Shown one piece after another: positions 48,788-58,555 of a stretch of 64,000 nt of DNA. The notes under the pieces are model-generated. The model did no database searches, had not been told where the DNA came from, and saw only the letters and a list, made by a program, of their open reading frames with translations. The stretch spans positions 3,053,358 through 3,117,357 of the forward strand of contig CAVVMO010000004.1 in assembly GCA_963749345.1 (NCBI GenBank), given 5' to 3'. Numbering within the stretch: the first letter of the stretch is position 1; every line of letters starts with the position of its first letter. This stretch comes from an uncultured Bacteroidales bacterium (GTDB lineage Bacteria; Bacteroidota; Bacteroidia; Bacteroidales; JAADJA01). The translations under genes and the position numbers were made by a program.

Positions 48788-49939
48788 TTATTTTTTAGAT
48801 TCAAATTGACTATAAAAATCAGCTATTATTTCTTTCTTTATTGAATGAAGTTCTTCAACCTTAGCTTTACTTGTGACTCTATCACCACCATGATAATTAA
48901 CAATATGCCGTTCCCATCCTGAAGTATAATCTGTAAGATTTTTTTCGAATGTCTTACGAGAATCATCATCAAAAACTGCAATTCTAGAGTCTACAAGTTT
49001 CTTTATTTCCTCTTTAAGATTATCAATTTTTGTATTAATATTTTCAATATCTGATTTCAATTGAGTAATTTTGGAATTAAGAATATTTATTTTGGTTTCA
49101 GTTTTTCTAGTAAGCAATTTAGGATTTAATCCAGTTAAAAATGTATCTAAAAGCATACCCCATACAAAATAAGCACCAAATCCAAGTAAAATGATAGCTC
49201 CAAATGTTCCTAAAATATTATCTATTAGATATTCATTAAAAGGGGGCAACTCAGAGAGTAAAGATTCTTGACTATATATCTGTTTTTCGACAACAAAAGC
49301 GATAACAACATCTAATATGAAAACAAAAATTAATATTGAAAGAAATGCAGTCCACTGCTTTTTTTGCTTGTATTCATGAATTAAAAATCCAATTCCAAGC
49401 GGTAAAACAGCAAGAAGAATTGAAATAATCTTTAAAATAAAAGGTAAAGTAACGAAATTGTCCCAAAGAGTTGGAAGGGTTGCCTGAATATCATCTTGCA
49501 TTTGATTTGTACTTGATCTGACAAGAGTACCAACAACTCCGGATAATGTCAGCCCATAAAAAAGAAACAATGCTATACCTAATATAACCACTATACTGCC
49601 AGAAATTATCAAGGTTAAATTATTCTTTTCAATATCTATTTTTGATAATTCTTCTAATAGTTTATTCTTTTCTAATTCTTTAGAATTAATTTCATTCTCT
49701 TTATAATCTATTAATCCTAATTGCTGATTTATGTTTTCTTGAATAGAATCTGTTATTTTTTGTTTAGCAGAGTCACTAATTTTTGTATGGTCATTACAAA
49801 CAATTTTTAATTTATCCCTAAATTGATGAAAATTAGGGTAAAACTTAGTTGCTTCGCGGTATCCTCTTGTATCAAAATGTATATCAGAGGATTTATCGTC
49901 AGCAGAAGTTGGCAAATTTTCATTATTTAAATTTTCCAT
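48788..49939 (-). CDS. Hypothetical coiled-coil / 4-TM / coiled-coil membrane protein (first gene of the cassette)
   Basis: From ATG 49939. N-terminal coiled coil (KENEINSKELEKNKLLEELSKIDIEKNN), four hydrophobic helices, and a C-terminal coiled coil (INILNSKITQLKSDIENINTKIDNLKEEIKKL). Confidence 0.45.
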   Translation of the reverse strand: MENLNNENLPTSADDKSSDIHFDTRGYREATKFYPNFHQFRDKLKIVCNDHTKISDSAKQKITDSIQENINQQLGLIDYKENEINSKELEKNKLLEELSKIDIEKNNLTLIISGSIVVILGIALFLFYGLTLSGVVGTLVRSSTNQMQDDIQATLPTLWDNFVTLPFILKIISILLAVLPLGIGFLIHEYKQKKQWTAFLSILIFVFILDVVIAFVVEKQIYSQESLLSELPPFNEYLIDNILGTFGAIILLGFGAYFVWGMLLDTFLTGLNPKLLTRKTETKINILNSKITQLKSDIENINTKIDNLKEEIKKLVDSRIAVFDDDSRKTFEKNLTDYTSGWERHIVNYHGGDRVTSKAKVEELHSIKKEIIADFYSQFESKK

Positions 49940-50065
49940 TAAAATATTATTTGGGATCAAAATTGAATATAAAAGTCAAAGAAACAATTAAATAATTGAA
50001 ATCAAAAGTACATAATTTGTATAGAACAATTTGCCGAAAGTGTTATTTTCATAATGTTCCAATTT

Positions 50066-50293
50066 TTAAAGGGAATTAATATTTAAGTACTTTACACATT
50101 TTTCAATTAATAATGTGATATTTTTCGCAGATTGATGAAAATAAATAATACTAGGGGATGTGCTGTCAGATTGTAAGTTGGACGGTTCAAGATAACTTTC
50201 AGAAAATTGCAGTTTTTTATGAAATCCACGCAGTTTTTGAATTTTTACTTTGCTAATATTATCTAAATGTTTGCTTTCAGTTTGAGATGGCAT
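50066..50293 (-). CDS. Small hypothetical protein
   Basis: 75-aa ORF. Its ATG lies 2 nt after the upstream gene's stop. No motif recognised. Confidence 0.3.
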   Translation of the reverse strand: MPSQTESKHLDNISKVKIQKLRGFHKKLQFSESYLEPSNLQSDSTSPSIIYFHQSAKNITLLIEKCVKYLNINSL

Positions 50294-50295
50294 TA

Positions 50296-50721
50296 TTAAA
50301 TTTTTTTAAAGCGTTTTCTGTTGTTGACCGTTCTGGAATTAATTAATATTCCCTTTTTAAATTCAAGGAATAGGTCATCTTCGTAGATTGAACCATAACC
50401 CATGTGAACGTAAAGAAGCTCTTTACCTTCGGGAATTCTTACTTCACCCGTGAACCAACTGGCAAATACTTCCTTCTGACCAGGGAAAAAATAATCTAAT
50501 CCTACTGTTCCTTTTCCATTGATGTGGGCTTCGAGTTCGATTAAATATAGCTTGTTTTCTTTTACTTCCCAAGTGCCAACATACCCAGTCCAGTTAGCAG
50601 TAGAAGGTGCAAAAAATTCTGGTTTTTCTTCAAGCTGATCGAGGTACATCTCTAATGGCAAATATGCCATTTTAAGCATTTTACCGTTGTAATAAAGTCG
50701 TTCGTAAATTTGAGCGGTCAT
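50296..50721 (-). CDS. Hypothetical protein
   Basis: 141-aa ORF with normal composition. No motif recognised. Confidence 0.45.
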   Translation of the reverse strand: MTAQIYERLYYNGKMLKMAYLPLEMYLDQLEEKPEFFAPSTANWTGYVGTWEVKENKLYLIELEAHINGKGTVGLDYFFPGQKEVFASWFTGEVRIPEGKELLYVHMGYGSIYEDDLFLEFKKGILINSRTVNNRKRFKKI

Positions 50722-50738
50722 AGAAAATTAATAAACTA

Positions 50739-52400
50739 TCATTCGGGAACCTGTGTTTCGTAAAGTTGATTAGATAACCAAATATTATTTTTATCAATAT
50801 TATTTTCTTCTGAATCTAATGAAAAATCAGAATCCAAATATCCATTCACTCCAGCAAAGGATGACCATTGAGCTTTATCTGTAATATTAATCAAACCATC
50901 ATGATTGCCATCACCAGCAACCATTCCCCATAAACCCGGTTCAATTTGCACATAACCATTCGATCCTCCAAATACTTTATCAGAGCCAGTAGTGTAATTA
51001 TAAGCAGAAGACCCATTGTTTAATGTTAAAAAATTAGAAGACAATATACCCAAATGATTCCTGTGATATATTACCACAAAAAGTTGATTTGAGAGTGTAA
51101 CTGTAAAGTGCAAATTACTTGTACCATCTAAGGCAACTATAGAGCCATCTTTGAGTAGAAATGCTGCTTGCTGGGCAACTCTTGTCGCTGCCGTCGCAAC
51201 ACTTGCTTGTTGAGCGTCTCTCAATTCAACCAATAACCAGTCGACTACATTGCTGTTTGGAATCGTAGTCACGGATTCACTTCCCTGGTAATTCCAAGGA
51301 TCAGTATTATAGGGTTGTGATAAGGGTAAAATTGAATTAATATCTGTTCTCATTTCAGTAGATTCAAAAGCACCTTCAAGGAATACTTTTAAATCAAGGG
51401 TTATGCTTTGCGGAATAGTTGGTGTCTGTATTTCTATATCACAAATCAAAGGTAAATGATCAGACATTAAGTAAATGGCTTGTAAAACGGAATCGGGAAC
51501 ACTGGTATTTAATGGTGGTGCATTAATTGCCACGTTCAGGTGGTTGCCATCATTTCCAATAGGAATCATTGTATTTGGAATATAGGTGACTCCATTATTC
51601 CCAGATAAGACATCACCAGTAAATAAATTGAAATCAAACCTATCATCTAAACCACCTGTTGCTCCTCCATTGATTGAGACAGTTCGTGTGCTTTGAGTAT
51701 GGATTTCCGGATGTGTAGGATCATCTTGCCAAGCAAGGGCTGGCAGAACATCAATTAAAGGATATAAACCATCATTGATTAAAGAACCGTATGCTGGTTC
51801 GGCGGAGGTATATAAATTTAGATCACCTGTAAAGAACATATTTTCAATATTAGGCATTACGTTAACGTGAGCCTTGTATTTTAAAACTTCCGCAAGACGT
51901 TGCTGCACGTTTGTTGAACCAGTGCTGGCTTTAAGGTGCGCTGAATATAGATAAAGAAAGGTTGTATCGCCAGAGGGAAAATTTACCGATGCCATGTGAT
52001 AAAGCACATATTCGTTAATTAATCTGAGTGCAGTTTGAATGGTATCCTGTGAATAAAGAACAAACTTTGTGCTATCGTAAAAAAGCATGTGGTCAGTATC
52101 CGGGCCATCTATGAACTGCGCTTTATTAAATCTGTGACTTCCATAAACATTTAAAGCATCTTGTAATATTGTAATTGCACCGGCATCAGAAAGTAACTCG
52201 TTTACTAAAATGATGTCGGCTTTTACATACTGATTGATTGTTCTCAAATAGACCTCCCTACCATATCCGGCATTTGGGAAATTCAAAATGTTATAGTGCA
52301 TTATTCGGACTGTATCCTGGGCATTGATTTTAGTTGAAAATATTACCAGGAGGAGGAGAAATGATAGTTTTATCAATGATGCTGTCTTACGCTTGTTCAT
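50739..52400 (-). CDS. Secreted endonuclease/exonuclease/phosphatase (EEP) family protein with the shared beta-rich/dockerin-like module
   Basis: Signal peptide. RIMHYNILNF, LVNEL, FTGDLNLY and MSDHLPL are EEP motifs. The C-terminal half, LKVFLEGAFESTEM...PYNTDPWNYQGSESVTTIPNSNVVDWLLVEL...GDGNHDGLINITDK, is paralogous to segments of the 33104 and 53024 proteins. Confidence 0.75.
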   Translation of the reverse strand: MNKRKTASLIKLSFLLLLVIFSTKINAQDTVRIMHYNILNFPNAGYGREVYLRTINQYVKADIILVNELLSDAGAITILQDALNVYGSHRFNKAQFIDGPDTDHMLFYDSTKFVLYSQDTIQTALRLINEYVLYHMASVNFPSGDTTFLYLYSAHLKASTGSTNVQQRLAEVLKYKAHVNVMPNIENMFFTGDLNLYTSAEPAYGSLINDGLYPLIDVLPALAWQDDPTHPEIHTQSTRTVSINGGATGGLDDRFDFNLFTGDVLSGNNGVTYIPNTMIPIGNDGNHLNVAINAPPLNTSVPDSVLQAIYLMSDHLPLICDIEIQTPTIPQSITLDLKVFLEGAFESTEMRTDINSILPLSQPYNTDPWNYQGSESVTTIPNSNVVDWLLVELRDAQQASVATAATRVAQQAAFLLKDGSIVALDGTSNLHFTVTLSNQLFVVIYHRNHLGILSSNFLTLNNGSSAYNYTTGSDKVFGGSNGYVQIEPGLWGMVAGDGNHDGLINITDKAQWSSFAGVNGYLDSDFSLDSEENNIDKNNIWLSNQLYETQVPE

Positions 52401-52472
52401 AGTATGAAAAATAGAAAGATAAAAATAGATAAAGTAATAATAGGATATTAAACTATTTTATAAATTAGCACG

Positions 52473-52727
52473 GTGAAAGTGACCAAAGATAATTTCAACG
52501 ATTTATCACTAAACCAGAAGGGTAGTCTTCTGTTTCCTAATGGCACATATATAGCTGTCAGGGATTATTACAATTATAAGGTTCAACTTTACAGTTTATG
52601 GGGATTTTATGTAGAGGTTTGGTATCATCCAAAGTTGAACAGAATTGATAAGATTGAAGTGTTGGAGAATGAAAAGAGCTTAAACTTATATCTTTCGGAT
52701 ATTGAGATAATGGATTTGTTGAAATGA
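52473..52727 (+). CDS. Small conserved-looking hypothetical protein
   Basis: 84 aa with a GTG start. The ...YSLWGFYVEVWYHPKLNRIDKIEVLE... pattern resembles small proteins I recall as common in Bacteroidota. Confidence 0.4.
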   Translation: MKVTKDNFNDLSLNQKGSLLFPNGTYIAVRDYYNYKVQLYSLWGFYVEVWYHPKLNRIDKIEVLENEKSLNLYLSDIEIMDLLK

Positions 52728-52861
52728 AAAAGTTGTTGTCAGATTTTATCTACTTGATTTTTCCCAGGGATGATGATAAGGATTATTCCTGGGGATTTAT
52801 CCTTGCATTTGTTTCAATCCTGGGCGGTCTTATTGCGTTTGTGGTGTATATATCAGAATAA
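52724..52861 (+). CDS. Possible 45-aa single-TM peptide
   Basis: ATGA overlap with the upstream stop. MKKLLSDFIYLIFPRDDDKDYSWGFILAFVSILGGLIAFVVYISE*. Not in the ORF track because it is shorter than 60 aa. Confidence 0.3.
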   Translation: MKKLLSDFIYLIFPRDDDKDYSWGFILAFVSILGGLIAFVVYISE

Positions 52862-53023
52862 AAAAACCGGCGAAGGGTTAACTCTACCGGTTCCATACCA
52901 AATTTTGAGTAATAAATTACTCGTTCCAAAGATACGAAAATTATGTGAATAAAAAACCGGGATGCATTTATATAACCCTGTTTGATTAACTCTTTATTAT
53001 TTAATATAATTGAGAATTTTAAA

Positions 53024-56000
53024 TCAATCCTTTACGCATCGAACCGCAATCCCAACTTCTTTAACACATCCATTTTTATATATTTGAGGATTACCAGCAT
53101 CCAGTCTTCTGAACCATGAATTATCAGTATTATAAGGATCAATAGTAGAGGTATAAAAATAACTACCTACATTTATAGCCAAAAATCCTGAGGTATTCCA
53201 AAAATATCCCGATAATAATGCTTCAAATCCTGAGCTACCTCCTTGTAATAATTGTGTGCCAATATTTGTTCCTTGCCAGCTTTGTAATAATATATTGTTG
53301 ACTGTGGGATCTAAGTAATTAGACATACTAAACCATTCAAGATCAGATGGTACATGCCAGCCATTTGTGCAAATTCCTTTTGAACTTTCAATGGTTGAAT
53401 AATTCATGAGTTCATTCCACTGGTATAATCCTCCATAAGTGACGCAATTGGATGCATTGTTATCATAACAGTACTTTTCGAAAATACTATTGTTAGTTTG
53501 ATTAGTCGTACTGTTTATCATTGTTCCTATATTCATGTTTTCTGACATCCAACATTGTCCACCTATTTGGACGGTGTTATAGTTTTGTCCATCGCGGGTA
53601 TCATTGAGAGGATCGCCACAAGACCAAGTGGGTGGCGGCGAATCTTTAATACATCGTACTGAGAAGGGATAGACTTTATGGTAATAATCACTTAGAAGAT
53701 TTTCTTCGATGAAAAATAATTCCCTGGCTCTTGAATCATTTGTATTAAATTCCGTTGAAGACCAATAAAAGGTTTCTTGGCCTAAATTTACAAAATTATT
53801 AAGACTATTACGATAGCCGGCAGGAAGGGCAGTAAATCCACTTGCATTAGTTGCACCTGTATTTGGTGCTTGCCAATGAATTGTTCCTGCTTCCTTCATT
53901 TTCCCACCAGCGATATTATCTCCCCCAAGAAAACCAGATAAAAGCGTCCATTCAGAATCAGTTGGTAAATGCCAACCTGTCGGGCAAATGCCCTGCACTC
54001 CTTCCTGAATTGTGTATTGCATCGTTTCATTCCACTGGTACAAACCACCATAAGTATCACAATTAATTGCATTATTGTCATAGCAGTATTTTTCAATAAC
54101 TGCATTATTATTCATTTCATTAGCACCCGAGATCATTGTGCCGATGTTCAGGTTTTCTGCCATCCAACATTGCTCACCAATTTGTACAGTGTTGTAGGTT
54201 TGGCCATCGCGAGTATCATTAAGGGGATCGCCACAACCCCAAGTTGGAGGTGGGGAATCTTTTATACATCGAATACTAAACCCACGAACCTTTTCGTAAT
54301 CATAACGGCCTATAGTCGTGAAATCGTAGCGCAAAAACCTACCATATACGATACTCGTGTTGTATTCAGTGGAGTGCCAAAAGTAAGCGTTGTAACCCAG
54401 AGTGGTGAACGTACCATCGATGTTGCGATTGCCACCGGGAAGTGCAGTGAAACCTGAATTATTTGTTCCATTACCACCAGAATTCCATCCCGTTGGGCTT
54501 TTCATTTTAGTTCCTACATCCGTTCCACTCTGTCCCGTTGAATTGCAATTCACCGTTAGGTCAATAAATTGGGTTAATGTACATAATTCTTCATCTGTGG
54601 GTACATGCCAATCATTGGGGCAAATACCTTGCGTTCCCTCCTGTGTGATGTATTGCATCATTTCATTCCATTGATATAAACCTCCATAAGTATCGCAATT
54701 GCTTGTATTATCAGCGTAGCAATATTTTTCAATAGTAGCATTATTGTTTTGAGTATTACTTCCTGGTATCATGTTACCTATATTCAGGTTCTCTGCCATC
54801 CAGCATTGCTGTCCTATTTGAACGGTATTGTAAGTTTGGCCGTCGCGGGTATCATTGAGAGGATCGCCACAAGACCAGGTGGGAGGGGAAGTGTCTTTAA
54901 TACAACGCACATTAAAACTGGTCATCTTATTGAGATCGTATCGACCTGCATTGGCATCACCATATCCTAACCTCAAGTGCCAAGCATTACTAGAGCCTAT
55001 TTCAGTAGAAGTCCATATGCTACCAAAGTAACCTAAATCGCCAAAATAACCAGTGTTATCACCAAAACCACCCGGAAGGGCAGTAAAGCCGCTTTCATTA
55101 GTTGCACCTGTATTTGGTGAGTTCCAATGCAGATACCCAGACTCTTTCATTTTGCCTCCAGCCACAGCATCTCCACCAAGATAAGTTGTTAAAATAGTAT
55201 ATTCAGCATTCGTGGGGATATGCCAACCAGTCGGACAAATTCCTTGTAATCCTTGTTGCGATGAGTATTGCATCATCTCGTACCATTGGTAAAGACCTCC
55301 ATAGGTATCACAATTAGCAGAACTGTTATTATAACAGTATTTTTCTATTATTTCATTATTGGTTGAAACAGTACCACCCGGTATCATATTGCCAATATTT
55401 AGATTTTCTGCCATCCAGCATTGCTCTCCGATTTGTACGGTGTTGTAGGTTTGGCCATCACGGGTATCATTTAGAGGAGCGCCACAGCTCCAGGTGAGAG
55501 GAGTATCTTTAACGCAACGAACACTAAAACCATCATTATTACTACTTTCGCCACGTGCTACTTGTTCAGTGTTAAAACCCAATCCTCTGGCCCAAGCATA
55601 TGTCGAGTTATACTGTGTTGAAGACCAGTAATCGGCAATTTCACTCAAACTGTTGAACCCACCACTGCTGATCCGATAACCAGCTGACAAGGCTGTAAAA
55701 CCTGAGGCATTTGTTCCATTACCACCCAAATTCCACCCTGATGTGCTTTTCATTTTAGTTCCTGCATCTGTTCCATTCAATCCTGTTGCATTGCAATCTA
55801 CAGTAGGATCGATAAAGTGCGTTAATGTGCACCATTCTGTATCCTCGGGAACATGCCAACCAGTAGGGCAAATACCTTGCGAACCTTGCTGTGTAGTATA
55901 TTCCATTATCTCATTCCATTGGTACAATCCACCATACGTGTCACAGTTATCCGTATTATTGTCGTAACAATATTTTTCAATAATACCATCGTTTGCCATA

Positions 56001-58453
56001 TCATTTATACCTTGTATTATTGTACCAATATTCAAATTTTCCGCCATCCAACATTGATCTCCTATCTGGACGGTGTTGTATGCTTGTCCATCACGGGTGT
56101 CAACCAAAACATCCCCGCAATCAAAAGGGATTTTAGTTGTAAAATTCCAAACCGAACCCTGGGTTGAATCGCCATAAATATCATAAGCAACAATTTTCCA
56201 ATAATAAGTTGTGTTAAGGTTCAGCAAACCGGAATTCCAGGTATTACCAATAAAGTTTGTAGCAATCAGCGATGGAATCGCAGCAGTTCCAAAATAGATG
56301 TTATAAGTAAGATCGTCTCCATCGGGATCGGAACAAACCCATAATAGGTTGATGCTTGTTTCAACACCCGATGCACCATTTTCCGGGATTGGGCCGGAAG
56401 GTGCGGCAGGCGGATTGTTGGGAACATAATCGGTCTTTAAACAACGAACTGATCTGCCGGAGGCACGTGCATAAGTACCGGTATTGAAATTAAAAGAATC
56501 AAACTGAACTCCCCTTGCTCCAGTAGCGTTGATAGTAGTTGTCCAGTAATTTCCCCACGAACCTGCGTTTGAAACATTGCCTGCACTTTCGCTGCGCCAG
56601 CCTGCTGCCGGTAGTTTCAGCAGTGAATTAAAGGCGTCTGTACGGTTTGTCCATCCTGTAGTGGCTTCCTGCCATTGGGTGAGGGAAGGAATGTTCCATC
56701 CATCCGGGCAGGGATTGTTGATGTTAGTGGTTTCCTGCCACAGATTATTATTTTGCGGGTTGCGCCAGTCATACGGGTCATCTTCTGTAATGATGAAATC
56801 GCCATGTCCGGGGACATCGGAAGAAGAAAGGACATTTGTGGTCGAGCTTGTCCTGATCTGGTGTCCATCGATCAATCGTCCCCATTGAAATAATTCTCCA
56901 TAGCTTAGCGGATCGTTATATGCAGTTGCCACCTGGCTTGCTCCAAGGTTCCTGTCTAACCAGCATTTATTGTTGAATTTGACAGTGCCGTATTCCAATC
57001 CATTAAACATAACAGATGAAGAACTACAAATAAATAATGGCACAATTGTATCTCTCACAGGATAGCTGCTTTTACCTGCGTTTGGTTCCCATTTCACAAC
57101 CTTGTCGTCCATATCCACCTGTGTATCCATATTGAAGTCGCCTTCATAATAGCCCGTGAGATTTTGTTGCGGCAGCCAGACATCATTTTTATCACGGTTA
57201 TCAATCTGACCGCTGGCATTGGCATCGGCAGCAATCATGCCCCAGATTGTTGAAGAAAGCTGTTTCTGTCTCAAAAAACCACCCAGGGCCTGATCGGCCG
57301 AAAGGGTGAAATCGTAGGAAAAAACTCCGGCTGATTCGACCAGTGGAATGGCAGAAATTATCGAAAGATGATTCCGGTGATGGATACGGATATAAAAACC
57401 GGTCGTCATTTTTGTTTCGATTGTGAGATTGCTTGTACCATCAATATCTTTGATTAACCCATCTTTAAAAAGAAAACCCGCTTTACGACCCATTACTTCG
57501 AACCTGATTTGATTACCGTCGTTGTAAGGTTTTAATATATCCACAAGCACCCAATCTACAATATTCGATGAAGGAAAGGAGGTGACCGATTCAGTTCCGG
57601 CATAATTCCAGGGAGCGGTGTTATAGGGTTGGTTTGTTGGTAAATGTCCTAAAACATTTAGAAAAGGGGTCATTTGTCCATTGTAGTAGGGGCCTTCAAT
57701 AAATACTTTTAAATTTAGTTGTGCCGTTGGGTTGCAATATGGGTCATTATGCCAGGTACATCCAGTAATAGTACCATGATTATTATTGGCTGATGCATCA
57801 TAGGTTATTGTACCTATGCCTTCATTAAAATGCCACAAACCAACAGTATTTGCATCTAATGAATAATTGGGACAAGGGGGTGCAAAATTTGAAGAATACA
57901 TCACAAAATTTGAGATTCGTACCTCATCGAGGTAGCCACTAAACCTTTCATTTGGTTCAACAGGATGAAATCCAAAGTTTAATGTACTGTTTGTAGGCGA
58001 ACTACAAACTGGCCCGGTGTAATTAGCCGTGCCATCATTAATGCCATCAACATAAATTTTGAGCGTTCCTACTGCATAGGTTACAGCTAAATGTTGCCAT
58101 ACATTTAAGGTCAACCCATTTGCAGATATTGCTTGTCCCATTGGTGGATTGGGATCTTCAATGCTTCTACTTACAGCAAAATAAATCCGATTATCTGTCC
58201 ATATAGATAATTGTATTGCAAATGATCCATCATACGATTGAGGCCAAAATGAAAAAATACGCCCAAGATGGTTTCCATCAGGTTTTATCCAGCATTCAAA
58301 TGTAAAACTATTGGTAGATCCAAAGTTAGGATAAGCAGGAACACCACAATCCACTTTGCTGGTAACTCCGTCAAAATACAACACGGAATTTGATTGGGAA
58401 AAGGATGTTAATGCAAATAAAATGGTTAAAGTTGAAAAGGTAATTTTTTTCAT
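53024..58453 (-). CDS. Giant secreted protein: LamG-like domain, shared beta-rich/dockerin-like module, FISUMP domain, Fn3-like domain, then five tandem FISUMP domains
   Basis: Signal peptide. LamG-like FTFECWIKPDG...LDEVRISN. GQIDNRDKNDVW and GDFNMDTQVDMDDK. Six [SNA][VI]RC[LIV]K domain ends, and the junction PP(P)TW[SG]CGDPLNDTRDGQ.YNTVQIG.QCWM[AS]EN[LM]NIG is repeated. Confidence 0.85.
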   Translation of the reverse strand: MKKITFSTLTILFALTSFSQSNSVLYFDGVTSKVDCGVPAYPNFGSTNSFTFECWIKPDGNHLGRIFSFWPQSYDGSFAIQLSIWTDNRIYFAVSRSIEDPNPPMGQAISANGLTLNVWQHLAVTYAVGTLKIYVDGINDGTANYTGPVCSSPTNSTLNFGFHPVEPNERFSGYLDEVRISNFVMYSSNFAPPCPNYSLDANTVGLWHFNEGIGTITYDASANNNHGTITGCTWHNDPYCNPTAQLNLKVFIEGPYYNGQMTPFLNVLGHLPTNQPYNTAPWNYAGTESVTSFPSSNIVDWVLVDILKPYNDGNQIRFEVMGRKAGFLFKDGLIKDIDGTSNLTIETKMTTGFYIRIHHRNHLSIISAIPLVESAGVFSYDFTLSADQALGGFLRQKQLSSTIWGMIAADANASGQIDNRDKNDVWLPQQNLTGYYEGDFNMDTQVDMDDKVVKWEPNAGKSSYPVRDTIVPLFICSSSSVMFNGLEYGTVKFNNKCWLDRNLGASQVATAYNDPLSYGELFQWGRLIDGHQIRTSSTTNVLSSSDVPGHGDFIITEDDPYDWRNPQNNNLWQETTNINNPCPDGWNIPSLTQWQEATTGWTNRTDAFNSLLKLPAAGWRSESAGNVSNAGSWGNYWTTTINATGARGVQFDSFNFNTGTYARASGRSVRCLKTDYVPNNPPAAPSGPIPENGASGVETSINLLWVCSDPDGDDLTYNIYFGTAAIPSLIATNFIGNTWNSGLLNLNTTYYWKIVAYDIYGDSTQGSVWNFTTKIPFDCGDVLVDTRDGQAYNTVQIGDQCWMAENLNIGTIIQGINDMANDGIIEKYCYDNNTDNCDTYGGLYQWNEIMEYTTQQGSQGICPTGWHVPEDTEWCTLTHFIDPTVDCNATGLNGTDAGTKMKSTSGWNLGGNGTNASGFTALSAGYRISSGGFNSLSEIADYWSSTQYNSTYAWARGLGFNTEQVARGESSNNDGFSVRCVKDTPLTWSCGAPLNDTRDGQTYNTVQIGEQCWMAENLNIGNMIPGGTVSTNNEIIEKYCYNNSSANCDTYGGLYQWYEMMQYSSQQGLQGICPTGWHIPTNAEYTILTTYLGGDAVAGGKMKESGYLHWNSPNTGATNESGFTALPGGFGDNTGYFGDLGYFGSIWTSTEIGSSNAWHLRLGYGDANAGRYDLNKMTSFNVRCIKDTSPPTWSCGDPLNDTRDGQTYNTVQIGQQCWMAENLNIGNMIPGSNTQNNNATIEKYCYADNTSNCDTYGGLYQWNEMMQYITQEGTQGICPNDWHVPTDEELCTLTQFIDLTVNCNSTGQSGTDVGTKMKSPTGWNSGGNGTNNSGFTALPGGNRNIDGTFTTLGYNAYFWHSTEYNTSIVYGRFLRYDFTTIGRYDYEKVRGFSIRCIKDSPPPTWGCGDPLNDTRDGQTYNTVQIGEQCWMAENLNIGTMISGANEMNNNAVIEKYCYDNNAINCDTYGGLYQWNETMQYTIQEGVQGICPTGWHLPTDSEWTLLSGFLGGDNIAGGKMKEAGTIHWQAPNTGATNASGFTALPAGYRNSLNNFVNLGQETFYWSSTEFNTNDSRARELFFIEENLLSDYYHKVYPFSVRCIKDSPPPTWSCGDPLNDTRDGQNYNTVQIGGQCWMSENMNIGTMINSTTNQTNNSIFEKYCYDNNASNCVTYGGLYQWNELMNYSTIESSKGICTNGWHVPSDLEWFSMSNYLDPTVNNILLQSWQGTNIGTQLLQGGSSGFEALLSGYFWNTSGFLAINVGSYFYTSTIDPYNTDNSWFRRLDAGNPQIYKNGCVKEVGIAVRCVKD

Positions 58454-58555
58454 AATGATTTGTATTTATAGCCCTCAAATTTAGTAATATATTTCTAATA
58501 GAAAAAAAATTAAAAGGTGCAATGTGATTTTAAGGCAGGTTATAAGATTGAAAAA

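Noticed and set aside
53851-56893. Numerous 70-160-aa plus-strand ORFs (e.g. 53969-54457, 55853-56167, 56577-56888) inside the 1809-aa minus-strand gene
   Set aside because: They are antisense shadows of a long, motif-rich, uninterrupted ORF. They have odd composition and no start context.
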